60,054 nucleotides of DNA from Gemmatimonadales bacterium (GTDB taxonomy: Bacteria > Gemmatimonadota > Gemmatimonadetes > Gemmatimonadales > GWC2-71-9). Each line of letters begins with the position of its first letter. The stretch's first letter is position 1. Shown here in pieces: positions 59,083 to 60,054 of the stretch. The stretch covers positions 1-60,054 of the forward strand of contig JBHEMG010000129.1 in NCBI GenBank assembly GCA_046262715.1. The letters are read 5' to 3'. Made by a program: the position numbers and the translations under genes. Under the pieces are notes generated by a model. The model did no database searches. It saw only the letters and a list, made by a program, of their open reading frames with translations, and was not told where the DNA came from.

Positions 59083-60054
59083 TGCTGCCTCCGGTATGAA
59101 GTCTTCTGCTGCGCGCGCCACACGACCAGCATGCCCAATCCCAGAGTGAGCATCATGGCGAGCACCGGCGAGATGAATACTCGGGCCGGCACTGGTTCGT
59201 CGAGGGCGAGGAAATACCACGTACTGATGGCCATGCGTGTGCCGTGCTCTCCGTTGGACCCATCCCACGCGAAGAACGCCACGGGAATGGCACGGCCGGT
59301 CCGGAACGGAAGCTGGCTGGCTGTATCGGCCGAAGCAAGTGCGCGCGTGAACACCACACGCCATTGCCCGTGGTCGTACGCGGCCTGTGCGCCCACCCCA
59401 CTGCTCGACGCCAGCGGCTCGAACCGGTCGATGCCTTTCGCCACGCCGGCGACGGCGGCGGCACGCGCCGCGCTCGACCAGCGCCATTGATACACGGGTG
59501 CGCTGGAGCTACCCATCAGGAAATAGGGACGCTCCATGCCGGTGGGAATGGTAATCGGGAACTGCACGGCGAGCTGGTCGGGCCACAGGGCGGGCTGCTC
59601 GCGCGTCGAGTCGTCACCTTCGAGCGTGGTGAGGACGCGGGTAACGAATGGCAGCCACGCGCTGTCCGGGCTTGTCGAGCGGTCGTCCCAGACGACACGC
59701 ACCGCGATCGAGTCCGCGGTGTGTAGCGCTTGGACCCGCACACTCGACACGGCCGGCGCGAACCAGCGATCCTTGCGCACCACCTGCCCGACCAGCGGGA
59801 ACCAATAGGTATCGACCTGCGCCCACGCGGAATCGTCGGGCGTGTGTGGCAGCGCTGTGGTCGAGAGTGGTGCATGAATCACGTCGCGCACCGCGGGCGG
59901 ATCGTCGGGGGACAGGCTGCGGACATACTGCGCCAGGCGCCACAGCTCGTTCTCCGTCAGGAACTTCTGCTCCAGCAAGTCGCTGAACGACGGCATGGGC
60001 GTGCCGTCGAGTCCGGTACGGAGCCGGTGATAGATGTCCTCCACCGTACCACCG
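59079..60054 (-). CDS. Cytochrome c / EbdC-like (DOMON) heme-binding membrane protein, 5'-truncated
   Basis: GLDGTPMPSF cytochrome c segment, DQLAVQFP, PYFLMG, AFFAWDG, C-terminal TM. Confidence 0.75.
   Translation of the reverse strand, partial: GGTVEDIYHRLRTGLDGTPMPSFSDLLEQKFLTENELWRLAQYVRSLSPDDPPAVRDVIHAPLSTTALPHTPDDSAWAQVDTYWFPLVGQVVRKDRWFAPAVSSVRVQALHTADSIAVRVVWDDRSTSPDSAWLPFVTRVLTTLEGDDSTREQPALWPDQLAVQFPITIPTGMERPYFLMGSSSAPVYQWRWSSAARAAAVAGVAKGIDRFEPLASSSGVGAQAAYDHGQWRVVFTRALASADTASQLPFRTGRAIPVAFFAWDGSNGEHGTRMAISTWYFLALDEPVPARVFISPVLAMMLTLGLGMLVVWRAQQKTSYRRQQ

Overview
GC-rich bacterial chromosomal window, probably Gemmatimonadota (inferred from gene content and short tandem repeats; not verified). 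1-2.2 kb: 3' part of acnA. 2.4-16.3 kb: a group 1h (high-affinity, actinobacterial-type) [NiFe]-hydrogenase locus with convergent hypBFCDE and hhySL/accessory/hypA operons interleaved with two-component genes. 16-26 kb: permease, CorE-like ECF sigma factor, tRNA-Cys, BamA-like protein, mqnD and a REC/HD-GYP regulator. 26-32 kb: TPR protein, AraC regulator, lemA-htpX. 33-47 kb: mostly housekeeping (csp, binding protein + MCP, infA, lepB, tkt). 47.6-49.6 kb: ATP-grasp + flavin monooxygenase operon. 49.6-60 kb: cytochrome c oxidase operon running into a coproporphyrin-dependent heme pathway. Three elements missed by the ORF track are the most interesting: (1) a ~425-nt, densely structured candidate ncRNA (31860-32286, minus) with its own sigma70 promoter and terminator; (2) a 44-aa secreted two-Cys peptide gene (28157-28291) between a TPR gene and a divergent AraC regulator, with 21-bp-period operator repeats, a candidate peptide-signalling module; (3) a Cys/Met-rich leader peptide plus terminator (47407-47590) forming a candidate sulfur-sensing attenuator. 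All calls come from motif reading by eye; no searches were run.
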